Notes: generated from the letters alone by a model not told the origin. A stretch of 64,000 bases of DNA from Bacteroidota bacterium (GCA_004293915.1 RDZG01000069.1:2626-66625); one strand, 5' to 3'; numbered from the stretch's first letter, positions 39,757 through 50,193 are shown. Made by a program: numbers and translations.

Positions 39757-40137
39757 TTAATTATTTAAAGCACCGTTTTTTATCCATTTTTCTATGGCTG
39801 TGATATCACAGTCTGAAAGTTTAGGACTATTTTTTGGCATTGCACTTGCACCAGCTTGGTGTTTTATTGATTTTAAAAATAAACTGTTAGTTGCTAATGC
39901 AGCAGTTTGAAGTTTTGAAAAAGGTTTCAAAGGAAAATTTACATCAGATGCACCATGGCAACCATAACATTGACTTTCTAAAATCACATTTATTCTTGTG
40001 CTAAAAGCAAAACTTGTATCACAAATTGTGTTATTTGTACTTGGATTAATTGTTTGTTTGTCGCTGGTACATGAAACAAAATATAAGATTGAAAATATCA
40101 ATATTGAGATAAATCGAATTAAAAGGTTATTTTTCAT
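39757..40137 (-). CDS. Small c-type cytochrome lipoprotein
   Basis: Lipobox FVSC; CYGCH heme motif; MP..WI..GA C-terminus. Confidence 0.8.
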   Translation of the reverse strand: MKNNLLIRFISILIFSILYFVSCTSDKQTINPSTNNTICDTSFAFSTRINVILESQCYGCHGASDVNFPLKPFSKLQTAALATNSLFLKSIKHQAGASAMPKNSPKLSDCDITAIEKWIKNGALNN

Positions 40138-40221
40138 TTTATATGGTATGATTTACGTTTACAAATCTATAACTCTATTTTTGTAAAAACGTTTTAATAA
40201 TTTAAACTTATAAATAATAAA

Positions 40222-41418
40222 ATGTCATTTCAATATTTGTTTGAAAGCAAAACAAGTCAATTAATTGCTGACTTACAAACTATTCCACTAGAAAAAGCCA
40301 TATTAAAACTACAAAACAATCCTGATAAATTACAGATAATCAATCAATTAGATGGAATAAAACGCACAAAAACTAAACTTCCAACTTGGTTTGATATGCC
40401 AAAAATAGTTTATCCACCAAAAATAAATTTAGAACAATGTTCATCAGAAATTGCAGCTAAATACAAATCTGTAATTTGTGAAGGAAAACATTTAATTGAT
40501 TTAACTGGTGGATTTGGTGTAGATAGTTTTTATTTTTCAAAGTATTATGAATCAGTTACTTACATTGAAAAAAACAACAATCTGTTTGAAATTGCTAATT
40601 GGAATTTCTTACAATTAAAAATAAAAAACATTGAAACACTAAACACAGATTGTGAGCAGTATTTAGAAAATTTTAAACGAAAATATAAAAAAGAAGAAAT
40701 TGTATTTTTTATCGACCCAGCACGAAGAAGCGAATCAAATAAAAAACTAGTACAATTTGCTGATTGTGAACCAAATATTATTGCATTAATTCCTAAGCTT
40801 TTTGAATTTTCAGAAACAATTATTGTAAAAGCTTCGCCAATGCATGATATAAATTTAGCTTTGAATGAGTTAAAATTTGTGGATAAAGTACATGTTTTGT
40901 CTGTAAAAAACGAGTGCAAAGAATTGTTATTTATATTAAAAAATAGCATAAATAAAAATCCTGAAATTTGTACAATTAATATTGACTACATAATACAAAA
41001 GTATAACTTCAATTATATTGATATAAATTATTATAATACAGAATATTATGATGTTAAAAAATATATTCTTGAGACAAATAGTTCAGTTATGAAATCTGGA
41101 GCATTTAAAGTAATACTTCAATCATTTTCAATCCAAAAAATAGCACCAAACACACATTTATATACTTCAGATGAAATAATAAAAAACTTTCCTGGAAAGA
41201 TTTTTGAAATAGAATCTGAAATAAAATTAACTTCAAAAGAAATTGCTGTATATATTCCTGATAATCAAATAAATATAATTTCAAGAAACTATATTTTAAC
41301 TGCTGATGAAATAAAACAAAAATTGAAGTTAAAAGATGGCGGAAAAAAGTTTTTGATTTGTTTTAAAGATCAATTTAATATTCCTAAATCATATATCTGT
41401 TCTAAAATTATTATATAA
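40222..41418 (+). CDS. Class I SAM methyltransferase with THUMP-like C-terminus
   Basis: LEQCSSE, IDLTGGFGVD, FIDPARR, VKASPM, NECKELL, LKDGG. Confidence 0.8.
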   Translation: MSFQYLFESKTSQLIADLQTIPLEKAILKLQNNPDKLQIINQLDGIKRTKTKLPTWFDMPKIVYPPKINLEQCSSEIAAKYKSVICEGKHLIDLTGGFGVDSFYFSKYYESVTYIEKNNNLFEIANWNFLQLKIKNIETLNTDCEQYLENFKRKYKKEEIVFFIDPARRSESNKKLVQFADCEPNIIALIPKLFEFSETIIVKASPMHDINLALNELKFVDKVHVLSVKNECKELLFILKNSINKNPEICTINIDYIIQKYNFNYIDINYYNTEYYDVKKYILETNSSVMKSGAFKVILQSFSIQKIAPNTHLYTSDEIIKNFPGKIFEIESEIKLTSKEIAVYIPDNQINIISRNYILTADEIKQKLKLKDGGKKFLICFKDQFNIPKSYICSKIII

Positions 41419-41605
41419 ATATTTGATTTATAGCATCTTAATAATAATTATAAAAGTAATAGTTTAATATTGTTTTGTACATTTGTATTAAATTATAATA
41501 TGAAATATTACATAAGTATTTATACTCATTAAAAAACAAATAAAGATTTTTGTATATTATTAATAAAAAAATAATGATATTACACTCCTTTTTTAGTAAA
41601 ACAGC

Positions 41606-42679
41606 ATGATAACTGCAGATTTAACAAACATACGAATAGAAAAAAATAATTTTTCGAGCATTAAAAGCGTTGATTTTAACCAATTAGATTTTGGAAAATA
41701 TCATACCGATCACATGTATATTGTAGATTATGGAGATGAAAAATGGTTTGATGCTCGCGTAATTCCGTTTCAAAATATTTCTTTGAGCCCAGCAACAGCT
41801 AGTTTTCATTATGGACAAACAGTTTTTGAAGGTTTTAAAGCACATCGCTCAAAAACGAGTAACGAAATTATACTTTTTAGACCTGAAAAACATTGGGAAA
41901 GAATGAATAAATCGATGGAACGTATTTGTATGCCAACGTTGCCTAAAGATATTTTTATGGATGGCGTAATAGAAATGGCAAAAATGGAACGAGATTGGGT
42001 GCCAACGCAAGATGGTTGTTCGCTCTATTTCAGACCATTTGTTTTTGCAACAGACGCATTTATACGTGTAAAACCATCGGATAATTACTATTTTATCGTG
42101 TTTTGTTCGCCTGTTGGTGCTTATTTTTCTGGTGAATTAAAAGTAAAAATAGAAACTGACTACGTGCGTTCGTCTGAAGGTGGAATTGGTTTTGCCAAAT
42201 CGGGTGGAAACTATGCAGCTTCGCTTTTGCCTGCAAAAAAAGCTGCTAAAAATGGCTACCAACAAATCATGTGGACTGATGCAAAAGAACATAAATATAT
42301 TGAAGAAACAGGTGCTTCAAATGTGATGTTTTTGATTGATAATGTGTTGATTACGCCAAGTTTAAGTAGTTCTATTTTAGATGGTGTAACCAGAGATAGC
42401 ATCATAACCATTGCAAAAGATATGGGCTATAAAGTTGAAGAACGAAAAGTTACTGTTGATGAAGTAATAAATGCCATAAAAAACAAAACGCTTCAAGAAG
42501 CATTTGGAACTGGTACGGCAGCCGTTATTTCACCAATTAGCGTGATAAATTATTTGAATGTAGATTATAAAATAGATGCTCCAAAAGAAAATGGATTTTC
42601 TAGAAAAGTTTATAAAACATTGAATGATATAAAATATGGAATAATTCCAGATCCATATAATTGGACAATTAGAGTTTAA
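41606..42679 (+). CDS. ilvE: Branched-chain amino acid aminotransferase
   Basis: FGKYHTDHM, HYGQTVFEGFK, KSGGNYAASL, EETGASN, ILDGVTR, GTGTAAVISP. Confidence 0.95.
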   Translation: MITADLTNIRIEKNNFSSIKSVDFNQLDFGKYHTDHMYIVDYGDEKWFDARVIPFQNISLSPATASFHYGQTVFEGFKAHRSKTSNEIILFRPEKHWERMNKSMERICMPTLPKDIFMDGVIEMAKMERDWVPTQDGCSLYFRPFVFATDAFIRVKPSDNYYFIVFCSPVGAYFSGELKVKIETDYVRSSEGGIGFAKSGGNYAASLLPAKKAAKNGYQQIMWTDAKEHKYIEETGASNVMFLIDNVLITPSLSSSILDGVTRDSIITIAKDMGYKVEERKVTVDEVINAIKNKTLQEAFGTGTAAVISPISVINYLNVDYKIDAPKENGFSRKVYKTLNDIKYGIIPDPYNWTIRV

Positions 42680-42698
42680 TCTCTACCAATTAATATTT

Positions 42699-42742
42699 GC
42701 CACGAATGGAAGAAAAAATACTAAAAATTGTAAATTCGTGGC
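42699..42742. repeat. 44-bp REP-like palindromic element, copy 2
   Basis: GCCACGAAT-N26-ATTCGTGGC between convergent genes. Confidence 0.7.
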
Positions 42743-42748
42743 AAAAAA

Positions 42749-43327
42749 TTAAACTAATAATTTCAAATGTACTTTCCTGATTTCTCCGCTTTTAAAATCT
42801 TTAATTGTCAGATTTTCAATAGAATAGCGAACCAATCGCAATGTAGGAAAACCTAAAGCAGCTGTCATTTTTCTTACTTGTCGGTTTTTTCCTTCTATTA
42901 AAGTTAAACTAAGCCAAGAAGTTTGAATATTTGCTCTAAATCGAATTGGTGGATTGCGTTCGGGCAAAAAAACGGGTTCAGAAATGATTTCTGCTTTTGC
43001 GGGCAAAGTAAAATGTATTTTATCTTTAATTTTTATTGCAATATTCCCCTTCTCTAATTTTGAAATTGCTTCTTGATTTATAGTTCCTTCGACTTGAACA
43101 AAATAGGTGCGTTTATGGCTATTTTTTGGATTTAAAATCCTGTCTGTAAGCGATTTATCGTTAGTTAAAATCAATAAACCTTCGCTATCTTCGTCTAGTC
43201 TGCCAACGGGATAAATGTCATTTTTTAATCCTAAATTCAAATCTGATAATGTTTTTTTGCTTTCGATTGGCGAAAACTGACACATTACCATATAGGGCTT
43301 ATAAACTACATAATATTCATACAACAT
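42749..43327 (-). CDS. Pseudouridine synthase, RsuA/RluE family
   Basis: YPVGRLDEDSEGLLILTND, PPIRFR, EGKNRQVRKMTA. Confidence 0.92.
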   Translation of the reverse strand: MLYEYYVVYKPYMVMCQFSPIESKKTLSDLNLGLKNDIYPVGRLDEDSEGLLILTNDKSLTDRILNPKNSHKRTYFVQVEGTINQEAISKLEKGNIAIKIKDKIHFTLPAKAEIISEPVFLPERNPPIRFRANIQTSWLSLTLIEGKNRQVRKMTAALGFPTLRLVRYSIENLTIKDFKSGEIRKVHLKLLV

Positions 43328-43331
43328 ATTA

Positions 43332-45170
43332 CTAAAAATTATCTCTTAAATGTTTTTTCTTAAGGATATCAATTTTTACATTTTCGATTTCTCCCTTAGG
43401 AATTGCAGCTATAAGTGCTTGTGTATAAGCTTTTTGTGGATGATTATAAATATCATTTGCAAAACCTTGTTCTTCGATTTTGCCTTTATTCATCACAATA
43501 ATTCTATCCGACATAAATCTAACAACCGACAAATCGTGTGAAATAAAAATACAGGTAAATTTGAATTGCTCTTTTAGTGAATTTAATAAGTTAAGTACCT
43601 GAGCCTGAACTGACACATCCAAAGCAGAGACCGATTCGTCACAAATTATAAATTTGGGATTGAGTGCCAATGCACGAGCAATACAAATGCGTTGGCGTTG
43701 CCCACCCGAAAATTCGTGAGGATAGCGATTAAAATGTTGATGTTTTAAACCCACAATTTCTAATAGTTCAAATAAATGTTTTTTACGTAAAAAATCAGAA
43801 TCATATAAATTATGCACACGCATAGGTTCCATAATGGCTGCACCTATTGGTATTCGTGGATTGAGCGAAGAATAAGGGTCCTGAAAGATAATTTGCATAT
43901 CTTTTCTTTGTTTCCTAAGTTCTGATTCTGAGATATTTACAATATTTTTTCCTTCAAAAATAATTTCTCCTGCAGTTGGTTTTACGAGTTGCAAAATAGT
44001 TCTTCCTAAAGTAGTTTTACCGCACCCAGACTCCCCTACCAAACCCAAAGTTTCACCCGCATAAACATCAAAACTTACATCATCCACAGCTTTTACAAAT
44101 TCCGTAGGTTTTTTAAACCAACCTTTTTGGATTGGAAAATATGTTTTTAAATTTTTGACTTGTAAAATAGGTAATGTGCCTTCGTATTTTTGGTTTGAAG
44201 TAGGTTTTTTGTTTTCAATATTTTTTAAAATAGCATCTTCGACAGAAGTAAACTTTCCATTAACTTTTTCAGTAATATTACCAAATTCGTCAAAATCCAT
44301 AAAATCAGAAACGGTTGGCAAACGTTTTAGATTTACATTTACTTTTGGACGACAAGCCAAAAGACCTTTTGTGTAAGGATGCTTTGGATTTGAAAAAATA
44401 TTCCAAACCGTGCCTTGTTCAACTATTTTTCCTTGATACATGACCAAAATACGGTCAGCAATTTCGGCTATTACACCCAAATCGTGGGTTATAAAAATTA
44501 TAGAAGTATCTTGTTCTTCTTTTAATTTTCGCATTAAATCCAAAATAGTTGCCTGTACCGTAACGTCCAAAGCAGTTGTTGGTTCGTCAGCAATCATTAT
44601 GGCAGGATTGCAACACATTGCCATAGCAATCATAACCCTCTGTTTTTGTCCACCCGAAAGCTGATGTGGATACGAATCATAAATTTGTGCTGGTCGAGGC
44701 AATTTTACTTTTTCAAAAAGCTCAATGGTTTTAATTTTTGCCTCTTTACTACTCAATTTTTGATGCAAAATGATAGATTCTGCCACTTGGTTTCCACAAG
44801 TAAAAACAGGATTGAGAGATGTCATTGGTTCTTGAAAAATCATGGAAATTTCGTTTCCTCTAAATTTTCGCATTTCAGCTTCTGTACAATTAACTAAATC
44901 TACAATTCCTTGTGTTTTTGAATTAAAAATGATTTCGCCATTTGCTATTTTTCCATTTGAGGCAATTAATTTTAAAATAGACAAAGATGTTACCGATTTA
45001 CCCGAACCACTCTCTCCTACTATACCAATGGTTTCACCTTTTCTGAGCCTAAAACTAACATTATTTACAGCCTTAACCGCACCATGTTCGCTCGAAAAAT
45101 GAGTTTCGAGGTTTCTAACTTCTAAAATAGAATCTAAAAATTTGGGTTGTGGAAACGAATTTATCGGCAT
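43332..45170 (-). CDS. ABC transporter ATP-binding protein with two NBDs (peptide/nickel type)
   Basis: GESGSGKS and GESGCGKT Walker A motifs, LSGGQKQR and FSGGQRQR signatures, HPYT. Confidence 0.93.
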   Translation of the reverse strand: MPINSFPQPKFLDSILEVRNLETHFSSEHGAVKAVNNVSFRLRKGETIGIVGESGSGKSVTSLSILKLIASNGKIANGEIIFNSKTQGIVDLVNCTEAEMRKFRGNEISMIFQEPMTSLNPVFTCGNQVAESIILHQKLSSKEAKIKTIELFEKVKLPRPAQIYDSYPHQLSGGQKQRVMIAMAMCCNPAIMIADEPTTALDVTVQATILDLMRKLKEEQDTSIIFITHDLGVIAEIADRILVMYQGKIVEQGTVWNIFSNPKHPYTKGLLACRPKVNVNLKRLPTVSDFMDFDEFGNITEKVNGKFTSVEDAILKNIENKKPTSNQKYEGTLPILQVKNLKTYFPIQKGWFKKPTEFVKAVDDVSFDVYAGETLGLVGESGCGKTTLGRTILQLVKPTAGEIIFEGKNIVNISESELRKQRKDMQIIFQDPYSSLNPRIPIGAAIMEPMRVHNLYDSDFLRKKHLFELLEIVGLKHQHFNRYPHEFSGGQRQRICIARALALNPKFIICDESVSALDVSVQAQVLNLLNSLKEQFKFTCIFISHDLSVVRFMSDRIIVMNKGKIEEQGFANDIYNHPQKAYTQALIAAIPKGEIENVKIDILKKKHLRDNF

Positions 45171-45277
45171 TCAATCAAAACAAGATTTCAAATATAGATT
45201 ATGTAGCTATATTTTAAATACACAACTATAAATATTAACGAATAATTTTTGATTTTTAATTTAATTTTATAGATTTG

Positions 45278-45298
45278 TTGAGTAGTTTTTTTACTCGA
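45278..45298. promoter_or_regulatory. Palindromic operator candidate upstream of the polysaccharide locus
   Basis: GAGTA-N7-TACTC (45280-45296) just upstream of a wHTH regulator gene. Confidence 0.45.
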
Positions 45299-45320
45299 TA
45301 AAAAAATCAAATGTGATTTT

Positions 45321-45340
45321 CGTGGCGGAGCCATACCCAA
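45321..45340 (+). promoter_or_regulatory. ops-like pause/loading element candidate for UpxY
   Basis: GC-rich TGGC-GGA-GCCA mini-hairpin in an otherwise AT-rich leader, resembling ops (GGCGGTAG). Confidence 0.5.
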
Positions 45341-45346
45341 AACACT

Positions 45347-45883
45347 GTGTTAGAAACACTTATTACATCCAAAACTAGGATAAAACTTTTATTAAAATTT
45401 TTTTTAAATACGCATACAACTGCTTATTTGCGAGGTTTAGAAACCGAAACTGGTGATTCTACAAATGCCATTAGGCTAGAACTCAATAGATTAGAAGCGG
45501 CTGGAATGTTAAAATCTTTTGAGGTTGGGAACAAAAAAAAATACCAGGCAAATCATGCTCATCCGCTTTTTAGCGAAATAAAATCATTAATTAAAAAATA
45601 TGTTGGTATAGATGTTGTAATCGAAAATATAATAAACAGATTAGGAAAACTCGATGCTGTTTATCTAACAGGTTCGTTTGCAAAAGGCATTGATAATGAA
45701 GTAATTGACTTAGTTTTTATAGGAAATATCGATCACATATTTTTGGCAGAACTAACTCATAAAGCCGAAAAATTATTACTCAAAAAAATAAAATACATTA
45801 TATACAATGTAGATGAAGGAAAAATTGAAGTATTGAATTTTTCAGAAGAAAATTTTTTACTCCTTTGGAATAATGAAAACTGA
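45347..45883 (+). CDS. Winged-HTH regulator fused to a minimal nucleotidyltransferase-like domain
   Basis: LITSKTRIKLL, YLRGL, NAIRLELNRL; C-terminal YLTGSFAKG...IDLVFIG. Confidence 0.8.
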   Translation: MLETLITSKTRIKLLLKFFLNTHTTAYLRGLETETGDSTNAIRLELNRLEAAGMLKSFEVGNKKKYQANHAHPLFSEIKSLIKKYVGIDVVIENIINRLGKLDAVYLTGSFAKGIDNEVIDLVFIGNIDHIFLAELTHKAEKLLLKKIKYIIYNVDEGKIEVLNFSEENFLLLWNNEN

Positions 45884-46385
45884 GCCTATAAAACATTGGA
45901 TGGCAATATATACTAAGCCAAAAAACGAGCGAAAAGTATTTGATAAACTCCAAAAGTTTGGTTTCGAAGTATATCTTCCGCTTCATAAAGTTGTGAGACA
46001 ATGGAGTGATAGGAAAAAAAAAATATTAGTACCACTCATTTCTTCGTATGTCTTTGTGAAAACAGATGAAGCCAATCGTTTGGCAGTTTTAAAAACAATT
46101 GGAGTCCTTAATTTTGTATTTTGGCTTGGCAAGCCAGCAATTATTCAAGATATTGAAATAGAGCGAATTAAATATTTTTTAAAAGAAGCTATAAATCATG
46201 AAATTATTATTGAAAACATGGCAGTTGGAGATATGGCTATGGTTTCTTCTGGTCATTTCAAAGGACAAAAAGTAGAAATTGTTGATGCAGATAATAAAGA
46301 ATATTTTGTAAATTTGGTTTCATTAGGAATGAGATTACGCCTTAGTAAATTGGATGTCCAAAAAATTACGCATGCGCATATCTGA
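45873..46385 (+). CDS. upxY: UpxY-family (NusG paralog) transcription antiterminator
   Basis: WMAIYTKPKNERKV, YLPL, RQWSDRKKK..PLISSYVFV, KPAII, KOW-like GHFKG. Confidence 0.9.
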   Translation: MKTEPIKHWMAIYTKPKNERKVFDKLQKFGFEVYLPLHKVVRQWSDRKKKILVPLISSYVFVKTDEANRLAVLKTIGVLNFVFWLGKPAIIQDIEIERIKYFLKEAINHEIIIENMAVGDMAMVSSGHFKGQKVEIVDADNKEYFVNLVSLGMRLRLSKLDVQKITHAHI

Positions 46386-46656
46386 ATTTGAAAAACGTGT
46401 TTTTATCGAAACAGTAAAAGAAATAGATTCTGAGGCAAATATTTTTCTTTTTGGTTCTAGAACTGATGATAATAAACGAGGTGGAGATATTGATTTATTA
46501 GTACATTCTCAGAAAATAGATCTACGAAAAGAAATGCAAATTCAAAAAGATTTTTTTTTAAGATTAGAAGAGCAAAAAATAGACTTAGTAGTTACAAAAG
46601 ATTTCTCTGAACCATTTGTACAATATATTAAGCCAACATTAATTCCTCTAATATGA
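46372..46656 (+). CDS. MNT (minimal nucleotidyltransferase) antitoxin
   Basis: FLFGSRTDDNKRGGDIDLL (GSx10DxD), EQKIDLV; likely start MRISE at 46372. Confidence 0.88.
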   Translation: MRISEFEKRVFIETVKEIDSEANIFLFGSRTDDNKRGGDIDLLVHSQKIDLRKEMQIQKDFFLRLEEQKIDLVVTKDFSEPFVQYIKPTLIPLI

Positions 46657-47093
46657 CTGACAAAGAGTATTTATTTAAGGAATTAAAAGATTTATTAAGT
46701 GCTTGTGAAGTTTTAAAGTATTCGTTTGAAAAAACAAAGCCACTACTCAAAAAAGAAGATTATTCTCCTGATGAGGCAAATGACATTGAATCATTTACTA
46801 GCAGATTTGCTAGAATAAGTGATATGTTAGTTCAAAAAACATTAAGAATGATTTATGAAATAGAGCTCGACAAAGTAGATTCTGTGCGTGATAGGATAAT
46901 GAAAGCGGAGAAAATGGATTTGAATAAATCTGCTTCTGATTTAATAGAAATAAGAAAGTTAAGGAATGAAATAGCTCATGATTATGCAGGCAAAAGGTTT
47001 GAAGAACTTTTTAAATTAGCCTCAGTCTATTGTGAAACCATTTTTGATATTGTAGAAAGAATAGAAAATTATATTTTGAAAAAATACTTATAA
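46653..47093 (+). CDS. HEPN-domain RNase toxin
   Basis: RFARISD, RNEIAHDY (Rx4HxY); ATGA overlap with MNT. Confidence 0.85.
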   Translation: MTDKEYLFKELKDLLSACEVLKYSFEKTKPLLKKEDYSPDEANDIESFTSRFARISDMLVQKTLRMIYEIELDKVDSVRDRIMKAEKMDLNKSASDLIEIRKLRNEIAHDYAGKRFEELFKLASVYCETIFDIVERIENYILKKYL

Positions 47094-47377
47094 TGGAAAA
47101 TTCACCAGAAATAAAGGCTTTTATCAGAGAAAATAGTTCTCTTTTTTGGTATACCCCAGAAGCAGAAAAAGAAAATATCGACCATGAGTTTTTGGTGGAA
47201 CATATTTTAAACTATGGAGATTTGGATGCGGTGGTAAAGCTTATAAAAATATTGGGGGTAGAAACAGTTGGAAAAATTTTTAGATATACAACAGGTTTTA
47301 GTGAAAGAAGAAAAAATAATTACTTTGAACTCACTTACAATTATTTCGATTTGATATTCAAAAAACATGCATTTTAA
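47093..47377 (+). CDS. Small FW-motif protein (DUF6922-like), putative partner of AbiEii
   Basis: SLFWY..LVEHILNYGD; translationally coupled to the AbiEii gene. Confidence 0.65.
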   Translation: MENSPEIKAFIRENSSLFWYTPEAEKENIDHEFLVEHILNYGDLDAVVKLIKILGVETVGKIFRYTTGFSERRKNNYFELTYNYFDLIFKKHAF

Positions 47378-47984
47378 TATACTTTCTGAAAATCAAACAA
47401 AAATTTTACCTTACCTAAAACATTATAAAAAAAGTTATTATTTGGTTGAAGGTACAGCAATTGCACTTCAAATAGGGCACAGAAAATCCATAGATTTTGA
47501 TTTGTTTTCTGCAAAAAAACTCGTTTTTAAAAAAATTCATGAAGGGCTATCTAAAATACCATTTGAAAAAAAGATAAGATTTCAAGATACTGATCAAATA
47601 CATTTAGATGTTTTAGATGTTAAACTAACATTTTTTGAATATACTTATTCTATTATTCACGAAGTAAAAATTAATGATGTATTAACTATGCCAAACCTAT
47701 TGACATTGGCTGCAATGAAAGGTTTTGCTTTAGGAAGAAGGTCTAAATGGAAGGATTATGTTGATTTATACTTTTTAATTAAAAATCATTTTACTATAGA
47801 AGAAATCGCAAACGAAGTTGAAAGAATATTTCCAAACCAGTCTTCTCAAAAGTTGATAAGACAACAATTAGCTTATCATAAAGATATAGACTTTAAAGAG
47901 CAAGTAGAATATCTTATTCCAAACCCTCCAAAGGAGCAAGAAGTAAAAGATTTTTTAATAGAAAAAGCAATAGATATTTTATAA
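47367..47984 (+). CDS. AbiEii/AbiGii-family nucleotidyltransferase (GGTA reads EGTA)
   Basis: YLVEGTAIALQIGHRKSIDFD, LAAMK, RSKWKDYVDLY. Confidence 0.85.
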   Translation: MHFNILSENQTKILPYLKHYKKSYYLVEGTAIALQIGHRKSIDFDLFSAKKLVFKKIHEGLSKIPFEKKIRFQDTDQIHLDVLDVKLTFFEYTYSIIHEVKINDVLTMPNLLTLAAMKGFALGRRSKWKDYVDLYFLIKNHFTIEEIANEVERIFPNQSSQKLIRQQLAYHKDIDFKEQVEYLIPNPPKEQEVKDFLIEKAIDIL

Positions 47985-48842
47985 ATGAACCAACAAAATA
48001 ACCAGCAAAACTGGGATACCATCATAAAGCCCCAAAGTTCGCTCTTTGAATTGCCACTAAAAGACCTTTGGCATTATAGGGATTTATTGGTTTTGTTTGT
48101 TCGAAGAGATTTTGTGAGTTTTTATAAACAAACTGTTTTAGGTCCGATTTGGTTTTTTGTACAACCTATTTTTACTACCTTAATTTATACTTTTGTGTTT
48201 GGTAATTTGGCTGCAATTTCTACAGATGGACTTCCAAAACCGCTATTTTATTTGGCTGGAATCACTTGTTGGAACTATTTTTCGGAATGTTTAAGTAAAA
48301 CTTCTACTGTTTTTAAAGACAATGCCAATATTTTTGGTAAAGTTTACTTTCCACGTTTAATCATGCCTTTGAGTATTGTGGCTTCAAATCTTATCAAATT
48401 TGGTGTACAATTTGCCTTGTTTTTAGTTGCTATTGTCTATTTCAAATGTACTGGTTCGAGTTTTAATCCAAATATGTATATCTTACTTTTTCCATTTTTA
48501 GTACTTTTAATGGCATTGCAAGGTTTGGGATTAGGTATGATAATATCGGCATTAACTACAAAATATAGAGATTTGAGTTTTTTAGTAACTTTTGGTGTAC
48601 AATTATTAATGTATGCCACTACGGTAATTTATCCACTTTCGACAGCACCCGAAAAATATAAATTTATAATAGCACTCAACCCAATGACTGCAATTATAGA
48701 AACATTTCGCTACGGGTTTTTAGGTCAGGGTTCGTTTTCGTGGTTTTATCTTGGTTTATGCACAAGTTTTACTTTTGTGATTACCATTTTGGGTGTTTTG
48801 ATATTTAATAAAGTTGAAAAAACGTTTATTGATACGGTTTAA
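47985..48842 (+). CDS. wzm: Polysaccharide ABC exporter permease
   Basis: YRDLL..RRDF..YKQTVLGPIW, KVYFPR, YRDL, NPMT..IETFR. Confidence 0.93.
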   Translation: MNQQNNQQNWDTIIKPQSSLFELPLKDLWHYRDLLVLFVRRDFVSFYKQTVLGPIWFFVQPIFTTLIYTFVFGNLAAISTDGLPKPLFYLAGITCWNYFSECLSKTSTVFKDNANIFGKVYFPRLIMPLSIVASNLIKFGVQFALFLVAIVYFKCTGSSFNPNMYILLFPFLVLLMALQGLGLGMIISALTTKYRDLSFLVTFGVQLLMYATTVIYPLSTAPEKYKFIIALNPMTAIIETFRYGFLGQGSFSWFYLGLCTSFTFVITILGVLIFNKVEKTFIDTV

Positions 48843-48887
48843 ATTAATAATAAATAGTATATTGCTTCATAAAAATGTGGAATTAAC

Positions 48888-49484
48888 ATGAATATGCTCG
48901 ATGAATTAGGTTCGATAGTTTTAGATACACATCGTTTGGGTAGTTTTTCTGATGATGAATTTTATCATTTTTGTTTAGATAACAGAAATTTAAAATTTGA
49001 GAGAGATGCACAATCTAACATTATTCTAATTCCTAATTCAGGAGGAATTATTGGGAATTACAATGCTGAAATATTAGCAGAAATAGGAATCTGGAGTAGA
49101 ATATCAAAAACAGGAATTTGTTTTGATTCATCTACTGCTTTCAAACTTCCAAATTCAGCAGTTCGTTCACCTGATGCTGCTTGGATTCAAAGCGAAAGAT
49201 GGAATACTTTATCAAATAAAGAAAAGGAACAATTCCCTCCATTATGCCCTGATTTTGTAATAGAAATAAAATCTTCATCAGATTCTTTGCTCAATTTGAA
49301 AGATAAAATGAAGGAATGGATGGCTAATGGTTGTAAATTAGCTTGGCTTATCAATCCTGAAGAAAGTTTAACATATTGTTATTATGATAATCAAGAATAT
49401 GCTATTTCTTTTGAAGAAATATTGAGTGGACAATCGATTTTAAAAGGCTTTGAAATTCAATTAAAAGATATTTTTAGTAAATGA
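48888..49484 (+). CDS. Uma2-family endonuclease-fold protein
   Basis: FDSSTAFKLPN, RSPDAAW, FPPLCPDFVIE, KMKEW, LAWLINP. Confidence 0.9.
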   Translation: MNMLDELGSIVLDTHRLGSFSDDEFYHFCLDNRNLKFERDAQSNIILIPNSGGIIGNYNAEILAEIGIWSRISKTGICFDSSTAFKLPNSAVRSPDAAWIQSERWNTLSNKEKEQFPPLCPDFVIEIKSSSDSLLNLKDKMKEWMANGCKLAWLINPEESLTYCYYDNQEYAISFEEILSGQSILKGFEIQLKDIFSK

Positions 49485-49537
49485 TACATTTCCTTCTTTA
49501 GTTTAACCAAGTTTAAATTACAAAAACATTTACATAC

Positions 49538-49774
49538 ATGACAACAGCTGCTATTCAACATCAAATTATCAATATTTTACCCAGAGTTGAGAATAAAAAA
49601 ATATTGAAAGCCATACACGCCATTTTAGAACAAGAAGCCAAGCCTATCAACCTTTCGCAAGCCCAAATGGACGAACTTGATAGACGTGAAGCTGACTATT
49701 TGAGCGGCAAAGGAAAAAGTTATTCATGGGAAGAAGTTGAAGATATGATTTTGAATGGCAAAAAAATAAAATGA
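49538..49774 (+). CDS. Addiction-module antitoxin
   Basis: LSQAQMDELDRR..Y..G....SWEEV; ATGA-coupled to the toxin. Confidence 0.8.
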   Translation: MTTAAIQHQIINILPRVENKKILKAIHAILEQEAKPINLSQAQMDELDRREADYLSGKGKSYSWEEVEDMILNGKKIK

Positions 49775-50067
49775 TTAGTTATGAATTAGAAATTAGGGAA
49801 GAAGCACAGCAAGAGTTGAATGATGGCTATATTTGGTATGAATTTCAACAAGATGGAATTGGGAAAAAATTTATTTCGCTAGTCAAGGAGTATATCAATA
49901 ATCTTAAAATAGCACCATTTCAAAACCCTTTAATTTATAAAAAGAAAAGAGCTGTATTCATTCAAGACTTTCCATATCAAATTATATATGCTGTATATGA
50001 AACTAAAATTGTAATATATTCTGTATTTCATACCAAACGTAATCCTAAAATTTGGAAGAAAAGATGA
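49771..50067 (+). CDS. RelE/ParE-family toxin
   Basis: EAQQEL...WYE....G.G..F, FPYQIIY, VFHTKRNP..W. Confidence 0.88.
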   Translation: MISYELEIREEAQQELNDGYIWYEFQQDGIGKKFISLVKEYINNLKIAPFQNPLIYKKKRAVFIQDFPYQIIYAVYETKIVIYSVFHTKRNPKIWKKR

Positions 50068-50193
50068 AAGAATCGTTGCAAATAAGCCCTACTTACCATT
50101 TACTATTATAATAATCAAGCCTAAATTATTCATTTTCTTGATTAATTTAATTTTGAAAAGTTTTTAAAATTAGTTTTTAAATATTTCATATAA

